Shown: one piece after another, positions 27,526 to 37,021 of the stretch
Layout: each line of letters starts with the position of its first letter
How positions within the stretch are numbered: the first letter of the stretch is position 1
NCBI GenBank assembly: GCA_045643205.1
Contig: JAZUKI010000009.1
Location: forward strand, 1 to 37,348
Source of the DNA: Clostridia bacterium
GTDB lineage: Bacteria > Bacillota > Clostridia > TANB77 > CAG-508
Length of the DNA: 37,348 nt
Reading direction: 5' to 3'
Notes under the pieces: model-generated
Databases searched by the model: none
Seen by the model: only the letters and a program-made list of their open reading frames with translations
Told to the model about the DNA's origin: nothing
Position numbers and translations under genes: made by a program

Positions 27526-27927
27526 CTATTTAATTACTACAGTTGCTGTTGCCATAGCATGTGTTTTAATATGTGATAGACTTACATCTATGCTTAGTTT
27601 GTCTTCTTTTACTTTTTCTATAATATCAGCGATTTTTTCATTATCACCTTTTACTATATAAACTACAGGTCGTCCTGAATTTGTTCTTTGAATTTCTATG
27701 TTTGTCCAACCTATGTCATACTTGTTTTTTAATTCAGGTGAGATAGCTTTAAAAATTGCTTCTTTTCCTGCAAATCTTGCAGAATAATGTTCATATTTGT
27801 TTTCACCAAATTTTTCGCAATATTCGATTTCTACATCTGTAAAAACTCTTGTTTTAAAATTTTCATCTTCCATTGCTTTTTTTATTCTGCTAACTTCAAT
27901 AATATCAGCACCTGTTAAAATTCTCAT
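27526..27927 (-). CDS. acpS: Holo-[acyl-carrier-protein] synthase
   Basis: GADIIEVSRI, ARFAGKEAIFKA, SGRP and VSLSH motifs; start at MRILTG. Confidence 0.95.
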   Translation of the reverse strand: MRILTGADIIEVSRIKKAMEDENFKTRVFTDVEIEYCEKFGENKYEHYSARFAGKEAIFKAISPELKNKYDIGWTNIEIQRTNSGRPVVYIVKGDNEKIADIIEKVKEDKLSIDVSLSHIKTHAMATATVVIK

Positions 27928-27950
27928 TCTATCACCTTTCACTTTGTAAT

Positions 27951-28718
27951 TTAGCTGACTCTACAGATTAGCATAACTATTGAAACAATAAGTATAACTA
28001 CACATGTTCCAATTAAAAGATTTTGCTTTGATTTATATTCGTTTAGGTTACTGTTTTTGTATATCAAATCAAATTGGTTATCAACTTTTAAGTATTTATC
28101 TTCTAGTTCAAAATCATCAGCCCATCTGTTTAATTTGTTTTCAGCTTCTTCATCATCAGTAATTTTTACATCGTAAAATCTTGTTGTGAATTCAACAAAT
28201 GAATTTCTTGCTTTATCTAACATGCTTTCTTTTTTCATGTAATTTAATAATTTATTTAAATAAATCATTTTATGTAATTGCATGATGTACATGTATTTAT
28301 CAATTTCATCTTCAAGTATTGGATATGAATCTGTATCTCTAATATTGATTTCTGCCATGTCTTGACGTGCTTCATATGTTTTTAGCTTTTCAAGAACATG
28401 TGGATCATCTGTCATTGCAAGGCATATACCTGTTCTGAAACATACAACTTCGTCTTCACCCTTAACAAAAACATTACAGTCATAATCACTACAAACAGGT
28501 GCTTTTAAATCATTTGGCATCTTGTTGAAGCCTTCTATATCTGTTAGTTGAAATGTCCAAAACATATAATTATTTACTGTTGGTAAAAAGAAATCATACA
28601 TTTTTTTATCTTTCTTTTTATCAAAAATTTTTAATTCAAATCCTTCATCAAAAAGTAGTTCATAATATCCTGCCATACTTTTTGATTTGATTAAATATGG
28701 ATAAATTCTCTTTTCCAT
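27951..28718 (-). CDS. Hypothetical protein with helical C-terminal half and terminal TM helix
   Basis: 255-aa ORF with GGAGGAG RBS and C-terminal LLIGTCVVILIVSIVMLIC. Confidence 0.85.
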   Translation of the reverse strand: MEKRIYPYLIKSKSMAGYYELLFDEGFELKIFDKKKDKKMYDFFLPTVNNYMFWTFQLTDIEGFNKMPNDLKAPVCSDYDCNVFVKGEDEVVCFRTGICLAMTDDPHVLEKLKTYEARQDMAEINIRDTDSYPILEDEIDKYMYIMQLHKMIYLNKLLNYMKKESMLDKARNSFVEFTTRFYDVKITDDEEAENKLNRWADDFELEDKYLKVDNQFDLIYKNSNLNEYKSKQNLLIGTCVVILIVSIVMLICRVS

Positions 28719-28771
28719 ATATTTCTCCTCCGTGTGTATTAAGTCTTTTGTATTATGTATTATTTTTATTT

Positions 28772-30301
28772 TTATTCTTCTACATCTGTATAATAGTAAG
28801 CATTTACATCTGGTGCTAAGTGATAACTTCCGATGAAATCAATTACAGTATTATTTTCTAATGTGTATTTAAAATCAACAATTAGTTTTCCTGTTGAATC
28901 AATTGCACCCCATTTACCATTTTTCTTAACTGCTGAATATCCAAAATCATTTTGCTCAGTAGCATCATCAAATTGAACTTCAACTGCATTCTTTCCATTT
29001 TTGTTATTGTATCCATACTTTCCATTTTCTTTTACTAAGAACAATGTATTAGCTGGAAGTATATCTTGAATTGATTTTTCTTCAAACTTGAAATTATAGT
29101 ATTTATATGTGTCATCTTTTCTTATCTTAATGTAACTTTTCTTTTTATTAATTTCAGAAACAAGACCATTAACTTTTACTTCAAAATCTGTTCCTATTAA
29201 ATCTGATGTTCCATCTTCTTTTTCTGCTTTGATGAAACCTTCATCACTAAAATATGTTATAGCTTTGTAACCACTTATTTTTGTTTTATCGTTAGAATCT
29301 ACAATGCTTGTTTTTCCATCAAGTGTAGCAGAATAGTTTCCTTCAAATAAATATGTCATTGAATCATATTTTGCATCTACTTTTTTATCTCCATTAACAG
29401 TGATAACTCCAATCTTTCCGCCTTTTTGAATTATTGCATTTCCACTATTAATTGAATATACACTGTCGAAACCGCCACGTGCAGTTACTTTTCCGTTTGC
29501 ATCAATAATTGCTAAACCTTCGCTGTCTTTTATTACATAATATCCTGAACCTGTTACATGTTTTATTTCATCATACTTGCATTCTAGTATCATCTTTTTG
29601 CTGTAATTTACAACACCATATTTCCCAGATTCATTTTTTAATATATATCCGTCTTCATATTTGTTTGATAAAGCAGAAACATCTGAGTATTTGTTTTCTA
29701 CTATTGTATTACCGCTTTGATCAACTAATCCTAGTTTTCCATCTTTTACAGTTATAAAACTGTTTTTAATGTTTTTAACAGGTCTTATATTTTCATATTC
29801 ACAAGGTAATAAAACTTTTCCTTCGAAATTAATCATTCCGTATTTTCCATCTTTTTTTACCTTAATTGCTGATGAGTCAAAATAAATTGATCCGTCTGCA
29901 TTTATATTTTGAAAAATTTCAACCTTTTCATATTCTGTGAATTGTTGTTCACTTTTTTCGTTAATTACCTTTGCTTCAAATGTTTCCTTTTCTTGATCAA
30001 CGTTTGTTTGAACAAAGAATAAAGGTTTTGTGTAATCTGGAACAAGTACCATTGAATCATAAATTGGATCAATTACTTTGTTTCCCTTTGAATTGATTAC
30101 TCCCCATTTGTTTCCTGTAAAAACAGCAAAATATCCATTAGTTACTGCTTTTTCATCTACTTTGTTTTGATTGCTTGAAATGATTCCTCTGATAATTGTA
30201 ACCAAAATCATAATTATGATAGCAATAGCTAAAAGTACTGCTCCAACTTTCTTTACATTTAATTGTTGTCCTTCGTAATTATATCTTCTTCCTCTACTCA
30301 T
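28772..30301 (-). CDS. Membrane-anchored WG (KWG)-repeat protein
   Basis: N-terminal TM helix and many K(W/Y)G.I...G...I...Y units. Confidence 0.92.
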   Translation of the reverse strand: MSRGRRYNYEGQQLNVKKVGAVLLAIAIIIMILVTIIRGIISSNQNKVDEKAVTNGYFAVFTGNKWGVINSKGNKVIDPIYDSMVLVPDYTKPLFFVQTNVDQEKETFEAKVINEKSEQQFTEYEKVEIFQNINADGSIYFDSSAIKVKKDGKYGMINFEGKVLLPCEYENIRPVKNIKNSFITVKDGKLGLVDQSGNTIVENKYSDVSALSNKYEDGYILKNESGKYGVVNYSKKMILECKYDEIKHVTGSGYYVIKDSEGLAIIDANGKVTARGGFDSVYSINSGNAIIQKGGKIGVITVNGDKKVDAKYDSMTYLFEGNYSATLDGKTSIVDSNDKTKISGYKAITYFSDEGFIKAEKEDGTSDLIGTDFEVKVNGLVSEINKKKSYIKIRKDDTYKYYNFKFEEKSIQDILPANTLFLVKENGKYGYNNKNGKNAVEVQFDDATEQNDFGYSAVKKNGKWGAIDSTGKLIVDFKYTLENNTVIDFIGSYHLAPDVNAYYYTDVEE

Positions 30302-30466
30302 TAAAAACCTTAATATATCAACAAAAAACTGATATATTATGCTCCTTTCTGTTGTTACAAAAATTCACATTAACTATATCAGTTTTGATGTTTTTTTTCA
30401 ATAGAAAACTATGCTATTTAATAATAAAAACATATATTACTATTTTTATTTTGTTCATTAAAAACA

Positions 30467-30500
30467 TTTAATTGTTTTAATTGTTTTAATTGTTTTAATT
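30467..30500. repeat. Short tandem repeat of TTAATTGTT, 3 or more copies, at the SpoIIE-like stop
   Basis: tttaattgttttaattgttttaattgttttaatt seen directly. Confidence 0.75.
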
Positions 30501-32747
30501 AATTCTAATTACGATTACTCTTAAGTTGCTATCCACAATTCCTTGAGTATTTTCTATTGCTTCTTTCATTATAATATTAGCAACGTTTTCAGGAATATCT
30601 GTATTTAAATTTTCTAGCAAATCTTGAACCCAATAAGTAATATCTACATATTCAAAATTTGATTCTAGTATTCCCATGTTAGGCATTACAATTAAATCGC
30701 CTGGCTTAAATTGAGCATCTATAAATTTAGTATTCTCTGTACTAATATCAGCTAAAAAGTTTTCTGGTTTTATTATTGAAACTTTTTTGCCTCTCTTTAA
30801 ATATGTTGGTGTTGCATTTAGCTTAATGAATCTTCCAGTATTATCATACATATTTAATATTAAAGAATCTAAATTGTTGTTTATATTTTCATCATTAAGT
30901 GCGTATTTTTCAAATTCACTGATTGTTTTCTTTAAAACAACATCTCTGTTTTCAGAATCATAATCATCAAAGAATAAGTTGTTTTGAACTTGTTTACTAA
31001 GTACTTCTTCATATAATTTTATTGTATGTTTGCTCATTTTTTGAGCCTTTGTACCAGCTGTATCTCTGCCACTTGCGGTTATTGCATAATTGCCGTTATC
31101 TAATCTTATTGTTTCCACAATTTCACTACTAATTGTGGATCCATATATTTTTTGTGAAGCGTATGACATATCAAAAGATGATTTATCTTTTGACATAAAT
31201 ACTAATTCACAATCTTGTCTTTCTTCTCTAATTCCACATTTTTGAATTTGTAATGCAAAAACTTCGTTGAACATTTTAAATAATTCTTGTGCGATATTTC
31301 TTATTGGACAATAATTTCCGTTAGCATCTCCACATTTATTTATTATTACTTTTACAAGTTTACGTCCGCTTCTAAGCTCATTGATTTCTGCTTTTTTTAG
31401 TACTGTTCCTGAAAAACTCAAATTCTTAATAAGTTCGAATTCTTTTTCTGTAAAGTCTTTTGTTTTTACTGGTTTTTCTGAAACTTTTTCTTCTTTTTGC
31501 TTGTTTATTTTTTCAAATGATTCATTAATAACATCTAGTAATTGTTCTAATTGTCTATCATTTTCTTTGTTAATTTCATCATCACTAGTATGAATTAAAT
31601 AAATATTATTGCTTTCTAAAACCTTTGTCATTTCTTTCTTTGAAAGTTTTTTGTTAGCAACTAAACCTTTAAATAATTCATCTATTAGTTTTTCATCTCC
31701 AACTTTTACATATAAATATAAAAGATTATCTTGAATTTTATCTATCTCTTTATTTAATGTTTTCTTGAATTTTTCTTTTTTCTTTTCAAGTGTTAAGTAA
31801 TCTTCTTGTTCATTTTCAATAACAACATTTACTGGAATAAATCCTGAGTCTGATTCTTCTATAACTCCAGTTCTTTCCGGTAATAATGGAATAACCTTTA
31901 AAACTTCTTCACCTTTAAATTTGAATGATCTTATTAATCCAATTAATATTATGATTGGTGTTAATATCATTAAAACATTTATTAGAACATCGTTCATTGG
32001 TGATAAACAACATATTAATAATGAAACTATTAATGATGTTATAAATGATGGATATAGTCCGTTTTTCCATGCAAGTATTCCTAATAATATAAAATCTAAA
32101 ACTACACTTATTGGGATTTCTCCTAATAATATAAAATCAAATGATTGGAATGCTATTGTAAATAATATTGCAATACTAACTAATTCTTCGTTTGTGCAAA
32201 TTAATTTTTGTAATATTGAATCTATTGCTACTATTGAGTTTGAGAACACAAGATAAAGTACATATGCTAAAAATATAGCGCATGTTGTTACATATAAATT
32301 CTCAGTTGTAAATCCATTTGCAATTCCCATTATTATGAATTGGGCTACTATCGCAAAGATTAATTGCTTGCCTACTTTTCTTTTTCCGTATTCATCTGTT
32401 TTAGGTTTAACAAACAATACACTAATTAAGAATATTATAAGTATTATGCTTTGTGATAATGTTTCTCCCCAGCCAAACTTAATTGTTGTGCCTAACAATG
32501 ATGCGAAAAGCACAAAAATAATTGGAATGCCGTTACTCATAGATGCTGCAACCATTGCAATTCCAAAAGGCGCAATAAAGTTGCCCCTTTTAATTGATAT
32601 TGTTGATATCAAAAAAGCGACAATATATATAATAATATTCTTCAATGAGAATAATCTTTTAAATAAACTTCTTTCCTCTGTAGACTCTGAAATTTCATCT
32701 ATTTCATAATCTAATTTATCATTAGTACTGTTATCGAATTTTTTCAT
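30495..32747 (-). CDS. SpoIIE-like multi-TM protein with degenerate PP2C domain
   Basis: Multi-TM N-terminus with APFGIA, Cys-containing linker, and C-terminal GRFIKLNATPTYLKRG...PGDLIVM..GILE resembling SpoIIE; metal-binding Asp residues missing. Confidence 0.8.
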   Translation of the reverse strand: MKKFDNSTNDKLDYEIDEISESTEERSLFKRLFSLKNIIIYIVAFLISTISIKRGNFIAPFGIAMVAASMSNGIPIIFVLFASLLGTTIKFGWGETLSQSIILIIFLISVLFVKPKTDEYGKRKVGKQLIFAIVAQFIIMGIANGFTTENLYVTTCAIFLAYVLYLVFSNSIVAIDSILQKLICTNEELVSIAILFTIAFQSFDFILLGEIPISVVLDFILLGILAWKNGLYPSFITSLIVSLLICCLSPMNDVLINVLMILTPIIILIGLIRSFKFKGEEVLKVIPLLPERTGVIEESDSGFIPVNVVIENEQEDYLTLEKKKEKFKKTLNKEIDKIQDNLLYLYVKVGDEKLIDELFKGLVANKKLSKKEMTKVLESNNIYLIHTSDDEINKENDRQLEQLLDVINESFEKINKQKEEKVSEKPVKTKDFTEKEFELIKNLSFSGTVLKKAEINELRSGRKLVKVIINKCGDANGNYCPIRNIAQELFKMFNEVFALQIQKCGIREERQDCELVFMSKDKSSFDMSYASQKIYGSTISSEIVETIRLDNGNYAITASGRDTAGTKAQKMSKHTIKLYEEVLSKQVQNNLFFDDYDSENRDVVLKKTISEFEKYALNDENINNNLDSLILNMYDNTGRFIKLNATPTYLKRGKKVSIIKPENFLADISTENTKFIDAQFKPGDLIVMPNMGILESNFEYVDITYWVQDLLENLNTDIPENVANIIMKEAIENTQGIVDSNLRVIVIRIN

Positions 32748-32837
32748 TTACTTTCCCCTAAAAATAAATCTATAACAGTATATTTTTCCGTGCCCCTATT
32801 TTATCAAATTTTTAGCCTAAGCACAACCTAAATAAGA

Positions 32838-32875
32838 AAAAACAGCAAAGATTTACATAAAATTCTTTGCTGTTT
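32838..32875 (-). terminator. Intrinsic terminator of the GT2-GH5 operon
   Basis: AAACAGCAAAGA/TCTTTGCTGTTT stem with T-run. Confidence 0.85.
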
Positions 32876-32956
32876 GAATTATTGTTAGTTTAAGCCTGTT
32901 CTATTGGCTTATTGGCTCACTTTATGTATTTGCTTTGTATTAATAAGCCCTTTGCA

Positions 32957-34366
32957 TTATTGTTGCATTTCTTGGCCTTCAATGCCAGTTTCTATTTCAA
33001 CATTCTTTTCTATAGAATTTTCATTTTCGTTTTCTACGCCAACTCCCACATCATTTTCTGGTACTTCTATTGGCTCTGCTGGAGCTTCTCTTGATAGCAT
33101 TTCTTTTATATGCTTACCAGTTTCAGTTAAGTAGTCATTTATATTATAGTTTGTATCCACCCAAGTTTCTTCTTTTTGAACTTCCTCGCTTTGAGTCTCT
33201 CCGTTCTTTGTATCTTGGTTTTGAATTTCTTCATTGTTTGTATTTTGGTCTTGAGTTTCATTATCTTTTGTTTCTTCGCTAATTGTTATATTAGCTTCTA
33301 TAGTTTTATTAGTTGTTCCAAATTCTGCATCTTTATTTAAATCTATATTCTTAAATAATTCTTCATTTTTTGATGACTCTACTAATTTCTTTGCTGCATA
33401 TTCTTTTGTTAAAATAGATGAACTTTCTTCTTTGTTACTAAATTGCCAGAATATCCAGCTTATTTTGTTTGAATTTAAGTAATCTACCCATTTAGTAAAT
33501 TCTTCTTTAAATATTTCACCATTTCCTGTTAAATTTGTTATTCCACATTCAGAAACAACAATAGGAATATTGCTCTTTATACATTCATCAACTCTTCTTC
33601 TATAATTATCTGACATTGATCCTGCATAGAAATGGAATGAATAAGCTATATTTTCAATATTAATCGGGTTTTCCTTAGGAGCTGCTAATTGTTTTCCCCA
33701 TGTTGGTAATCCAATCCAAATCATTGATTTTGATGAATTATTTCTAATTGTCTTTATTACTTCTTCTGCATATGGTTTTACATTTTCTTCCCATGTGCAA
33801 TTGTTAGGCTCATTACAAATTTCATATATTAAGAAAGGATTTTCTTTATATTGATTTGATAATTCGTCAAAAAACTTAATTGCTTCTGTTTGATATGTTT
33901 GAGGATTTCCATCAGTTAAAACATGCCAATCAATTACTGCATATATTTCAAGTTCTTCGCACATATCTATTATTTTTGTTGCATTATTTTTATTTTGTTC
34001 TGGATTTAAAACATATCCATTAACATTTGGGTCTGTATACATTGCTATTCTGAAACAATTTATCCCCCATTCTTCTTTTAACTTTTTTAAATTATCATAT
34101 GTAATTACATCTGCAAAATCTACAATTGAATGACTGCTTAATCCTTTTAATTGTACTGTATTTCCATCATAGTCTTCGATTTTAGCTCCATTTATTTTTA
34201 ACCAATGTTGATTGTTATCTGTTTGAACATTTGCAATTTGATTTGTTTCATTTGTATCAGCTTGTTTATTATTGTCATTATTCATTTTAATAATTACAGC
34301 AGTAACTAATGAAATAATAAAAACAATAATCACAAAATATAAAATTTTGTTTCTTATCTTAATCAC
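32957..34366 (-). CDS. Membrane-anchored GH5 endoglucanase
   Basis: LKGLSSH, RIAMY, IDWH, YEICNEP (acid/base), FHFYA and VSECG (nucleophile); N-terminal TM; acidic C-terminal insert; overlaps the GT2 stop. Confidence 0.93.
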   Translation of the reverse strand: MIKIRNKILYFVIIVFIISLVTAVIIKMNNDNNKQADTNETNQIANVQTDNNQHWLKINGAKIEDYDGNTVQLKGLSSHSIVDFADVITYDNLKKLKEEWGINCFRIAMYTDPNVNGYVLNPEQNKNNATKIIDMCEELEIYAVIDWHVLTDGNPQTYQTEAIKFFDELSNQYKENPFLIYEICNEPNNCTWEENVKPYAEEVIKTIRNNSSKSMIWIGLPTWGKQLAAPKENPINIENIAYSFHFYAGSMSDNYRRRVDECIKSNIPIVVSECGITNLTGNGEIFKEEFTKWVDYLNSNKISWIFWQFSNKEESSSILTKEYAAKKLVESSKNEELFKNIDLNKDAEFGTTNKTIEANITISEETKDNETQDQNTNNEEIQNQDTKNGETQSEEVQKEETWVDTNYNINDYLTETGKHIKEMLSREAPAEPIEVPENDVGVGVENENENSIEKNVEIETGIEGQEMQQ

Positions 34367-35999
34367 TTCCTTTTACTTCTTTTTTATCTCTTCTAAAAAT
34401 ATTTATGAATATAAATGGTATAGAAGATCTTTTGTATTTTTCTATCTTGTTTGGAACAAAATCTTTTGGAATTTCTGTTCTATTGCTTAAGTCAAATATT
34501 ACAGCACATGTTAAGTAGAATATATTTGATGCTAGCCATATTAATGATAAGTTGAATGTCATACTGTTGAAGTATGGATCAAAGTAGAATGCACCTTGTC
34601 CACGAATAATACTATATACTAAAGCTGCAATACTTATTACTAATAAAATTAAATGTGATGCAAATAATTTTTTGTGTGTTCTTGTCATCTTTTTATTTAC
34701 AGAATATTTAGGTGTAACTTCAAATTTTGTACTTCCAAATCCTAATAATTCTTTTAATGTCTCTTTGAAAAGAACTGGTGTTAGTATTGTTTCATAAATT
34801 TTATTCCATGTAGAAGAACGTTGATGTCCTTCTGTCATATCTATTAAAAATCTTTTTATTAAATATGAAGGTAACCATACTGCTAAGAATATTCTTAAAT
34901 CGCAGTCTATGATAATTACTCCAAATACTGTGAATAGCAATGGTGCTAACATATATAGCATTCTTCTAATTCCGTAAAACCAATATGAAATACATGATCT
35001 GTATTCTAATTTTTGTCTAAAGCTTAATCCTTTTTGTTTTGAAATTTTATAGTTCTTTGCAACTTGCATACATCCTCTTGCCCATCTTGAACGTTGTTTT
35101 ATAAATGATGTTACATCGTTAACGTTGTTTCCATGAGCTCCGATTTCATCTATTGCTATTCCTGTGTAACCTGCGTTTTCTATTAACATTCCTGTTGCAA
35201 TATCTTCAGTAATTGTTTTTCTTGCAAAACCATTAACACTATTTAATGCTTCTCTTGATAAAACTAGGTTAGTTCCACAATTTATTGCTGTGTTAATATC
35301 GTTCTTTGATAATTGAATTTGACGATAAAAATAATCTTGTTCAAATGGAATTTTATCTGCTAGTTTAAAACGTAGTTGGAAGATATCTGGATTTTTGAAG
35401 CTTTGTGGAAGTTGTACAAATCCAACTTTTTTATCTTCACCTAGGAAGTAAGGTATTGTTTTCATTAAAAAGTCTTCTGTTGGAATCATGTCTGCATCAA
35501 ATGTTGCAATGTATGGTGATTTTGTTTGAGTTAATGCATGATTGTAATTTCCAGCTTTAGCATCTTTGTTTGTCAATCTTGTAATGTAGTTGATTTTCAA
35601 TTTATCTGAAAGTTCTTTAATATTTTTTCTATTGCCATCATCGCAAATATAAATATGAACTTTGTTTTTATCTGGGTATTTCATGTTTTTACATGCTTCG
35701 ATTGTGTTTGTTAAAACTTTTTCGTTTTCATTAATTGTTGCAATAAACACATCAACATCTGGATAATCTGTGTCTTTAATCTTTGGTAATTCTTTATTTT
35801 TACGATCTACTCCTAAAATATTCATATAATATATTGTGAAATCAATTGCATCCCAAATTTCTAATAATAAAACTATTATTGAAAAGATAATAGCAACTGG
35901 TCCTATACTTAATGGTAGTGTAAATACAATTCTAAACACTATATAAACAATTGTAAGTATTATTGTTAATGAATATAAAAACTCTTTTAAAAACTTCAT
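34359..35999 (-). CDS. GT2 processive beta-glucan/cellulose synthase catalytic subunit (BcsA/CcsA-like)
   Basis: DDG, KAGN, DAD, QLPQ, TED, QRSRW and FEVTPK motifs plus TM helices; start reassigned to ATG 35999 (GAGGA RBS). Confidence 0.93.
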   Translation of the reverse strand: MKFLKEFLYSLTIILTIVYIVFRIVFTLPLSIGPVAIIFSIIVLLLEIWDAIDFTIYYMNILGVDRKNKELPKIKDTDYPDVDVFIATINENEKVLTNTIEACKNMKYPDKNKVHIYICDDGNRKNIKELSDKLKINYITRLTNKDAKAGNYNHALTQTKSPYIATFDADMIPTEDFLMKTIPYFLGEDKKVGFVQLPQSFKNPDIFQLRFKLADKIPFEQDYFYRQIQLSKNDINTAINCGTNLVLSREALNSVNGFARKTITEDIATGMLIENAGYTGIAIDEIGAHGNNVNDVTSFIKQRSRWARGCMQVAKNYKISKQKGLSFRQKLEYRSCISYWFYGIRRMLYMLAPLLFTVFGVIIIDCDLRIFLAVWLPSYLIKRFLIDMTEGHQRSSTWNKIYETILTPVLFKETLKELLGFGSTKFEVTPKYSVNKKMTRTHKKLFASHLILLVISIAALVYSIIRGQGAFYFDPYFNSMTFNLSLIWLASNIFYLTCAVIFDLSNRTEIPKDFVPNKIEKYKRSSIPFIFINIFRRDKKEVKGSD

Positions 36000-36091
36000 T
36001 TTATCCTCTATTCTTTTGCAACTTTTTTTCTTTCGAAATGCGTTTATATTATATTGAAAAAAAATATAAAAGACAAGATAAAATTTCAAAC

Positions 36092-36157
36092 AAAAAAGCG
36101 AGAAATTTTATTTTTATGAACCTAGTGTAATTCACTTCAATTTCATTTCTCGCTTTT
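36092..36157 (-). terminator. Long hairpin, probable terminator downstream of the sortase
   Basis: 13-bp AAAAGCGAGAAAT/ATTTCTCGCTTTT inverted repeat with T-run. Confidence 0.65.
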
Positions 36158-36232
36158 ATTTTTATACTTATTTTTGTTTCTATTGCTTTTGCATTGGCTT
36201 GATTTATTACTGTCAAACAACTTTTTTTAAGC

Positions 36233-36925
36233 TTATACTTCTTTTGCTTTAATTACTAATCTATACTTGTTATTGTTTTGGCATGTAACTAATGTTATTT
36301 CACTTTTTCCAGCAGTATCTCTATTATAATAAGATGTGTCTGCTTCTTCAGTTTGATAAATGCTATAAATTGTATAAGTTTTTTTCACGCCTGTTGCATA
36401 ATTAGTTATATAAATTTCATCGCCTGTTTTCATTTTATAATTGCTTCCAAAAAACAATCCATTTTTATAATTGTGTCCTATGATAATTGTGTTTCCTACA
36501 GAATTTAATGGTACTCCATATTGAATACATACAGAAACATCAAGTGCATTTGCATTTGTCATTGTATCTAATATTGGATATCTTAGATTAACTGATGGCA
36601 TCTCAATTTTTCCTGCAACACTAAAGCCTTTATATACTTTGCCCTCTGCTGATATTCCTCCTGGAGCCTTTATTGGATTTCCATTCTGATCTAATGTTAT
36701 TTCTGCAACTATATTTTCATCAGCTACATTATTTTGATCATCATCTAAATTTATATTTATTTTATCTAATTCATTTAAGTAGTCTGCCGCTTCTTTATTC
36801 AGATTAATTATATTTAAATTATCTGCTATAAAAATCGCAGCAACAATAATTGTAGTAATCAATAAAATGATAAACAAAAATGATAATATTTTTTTCTTTT
36901 TATTTTTAGTTTGATTAGTTTTTAT
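36233..36925 (-). CDS. Sortase; start uncertain (ATA 36925 or TTG 36877)
   Basis: GHN (His), TLVTC (Cys) and downstream Arg (YRLV); N-terminal TM anchor. Confidence 0.9.
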   Translation of the reverse strand: MKTNQTKNKKKKILSFLFIILLITTIIVAAIFIADNLNIINLNKEAADYLNELDKININLDDDQNNVADENIVAEITLDQNGNPIKAPGGISAEGKVYKGFSVAGKIEMPSVNLRYPILDTMTNANALDVSVCIQYGVPLNSVGNTIIIGHNYKNGLFFGSNYKMKTGDEIYITNYATGVKKTYTIYSIYQTEEADTSYYNRDTAGKSEITLVTCQNNNKYRLVIKAKEV

Positions 36926-37021
36926 TTTAGTATTCTCCTTTTTATTATCTATATTTCGAAACTTTTTTAATTTATGTTTAATATAAATTTATAGTTTTGC
37001 TAAGTTTATTATAGTTTGTTC

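Noticed and set aside
675-34490. All plus-strand ORFs in the track, and minus-strand ORF 21071-21256
   Set aside because: They overlap well-supported minus-strand genes, lack RBSs and have the Ser/Phe/Leu/Ile-rich composition of antisense shadow ORFs.
36000-36089. N-terminal extension of the GT2 ORF
   Set aside because: The RBS supports ATG 35999; the upstream part is AT-rich promoter-region sequence.
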